Shown here piece after piece: positions 63,722-64,000 of a stretch of DNA of 64,000 bases (within the stretch, counting starts at the first letter, position 1; each line of letters starts with the position of its first letter). The stretch lies in the IMG/VR virus record IMGVR_UViG_3300037608_000261, positions 17,920 to 81,919 of that record. The stretch is one strand, 5' to 3'. The notes under the pieces were generated by a model that worked only from the letters and a program-made list of their open reading frames with translations, made no database searches and had not been told where the DNA came from. The stretch is from a virus. Its lineage: Duplodnaviria > Caudoviricetes. The position numbers were made by a program, and so were the translations under genes.

Positions 63722-64000
63722 TTGGAGAATAATTTGACCGATCAGGACATAAAAATAAAACGTATCGAAGAGAAGATAGATACGCTTATCGCCATAAGAA
63801 CAGCGCCACGATGGCTCTCCCTGGCCAGTGCCGCGCAATATGCCTCCATGTCAAAGAATACCTTTATTAAGTATATCCAGGATGGAAAAATATATGCTAC
63901 ACAGAAGGGCGGAAAGTGGTATGTAGACAGGGAAAGTATTGACCATTTTATGATAGAGGATGACGTGATTGTGAGGAAAGTTCTTGACAGTTTTCGATGA
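63722..64000 (+). CDS. Excisionase-like MerR-type HTH protein
   Basis: RWLSLASAAQYASMSKNTFIKYIQDGKIYATQKGGKWYVDRESIDHF; last gene of the early operon. Confidence 0.75.
   Translation: MENNLTDQDIKIKRIEEKIDTLIAIRTAPRWLSLASAAQYASMSKNTFIKYIQDGKIYATQKGGKWYVDRESIDHFMIEDDVIVRKVLDSFR

Larger units (their letters stand above)
1..64000. mobile_element. Temperate phage/prophage: P1-like virion module plus lambdoid lysogeny/replication module (both ends outside window)
   Basis: Continuous phage gene set: capsid, sheath, baseplate, terminase, dar genes, cI/cro, O-like initiator, xis-like gene; no host housekeeping genes recognised. Confidence 0.95.

Noticed and set aside
1-64000. tRNA, rRNA, IS elements, lysis genes, portal, integrase
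   Set aside because: None recognised by eye; portal, protease, lysis genes and integrase may lie outside the window.

Overview
The whole window reads as the core of one temperate phage; both ends are open. Positions 1-43.9 kb (minus strand) are a P1-like morphogenesis region. It holds an expanded dar cluster (hdf, darA, two polyvalent genes, a DdrB-like 1442-aa protein, darB), tail fibre and chaperone, baseplate/tail genes in P1 order, sheath, major capsid, a gp5-6-24-7-25-26-like block, and pacB/pacA. Positions 44-64 kb are lambdoid: O-like initiator with in-gene iterons, cII-like, cro/cI switch, an early operon (SbcD/SbcC, gp3-like recombination protein, C5 methyltransferase, helicase, radical-SAM, ASCH) and a terminal excisionase-like gene. 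No par/repA genes are seen. Accessory inserts are an FRG gene, a membrane-protein gene, HigBA-like and BrnTA toxin-antitoxin pairs, and an LprI lipoprotein. Strongest leads: (1) a 24-aa motif shared by DarB and two polyvalent proteins, each copy just downstream of a prohead-protease-like [ILV][LF]E site; (2) two solitary type I-C CRISPR-repeat-like units; (3) a five-unit 46-bp non-coding array upstream of the capsid gene; (4) an HNH domain inserted in frame into the iteron array of the initiator. All family names come from recalled motifs and synteny, not database searches.
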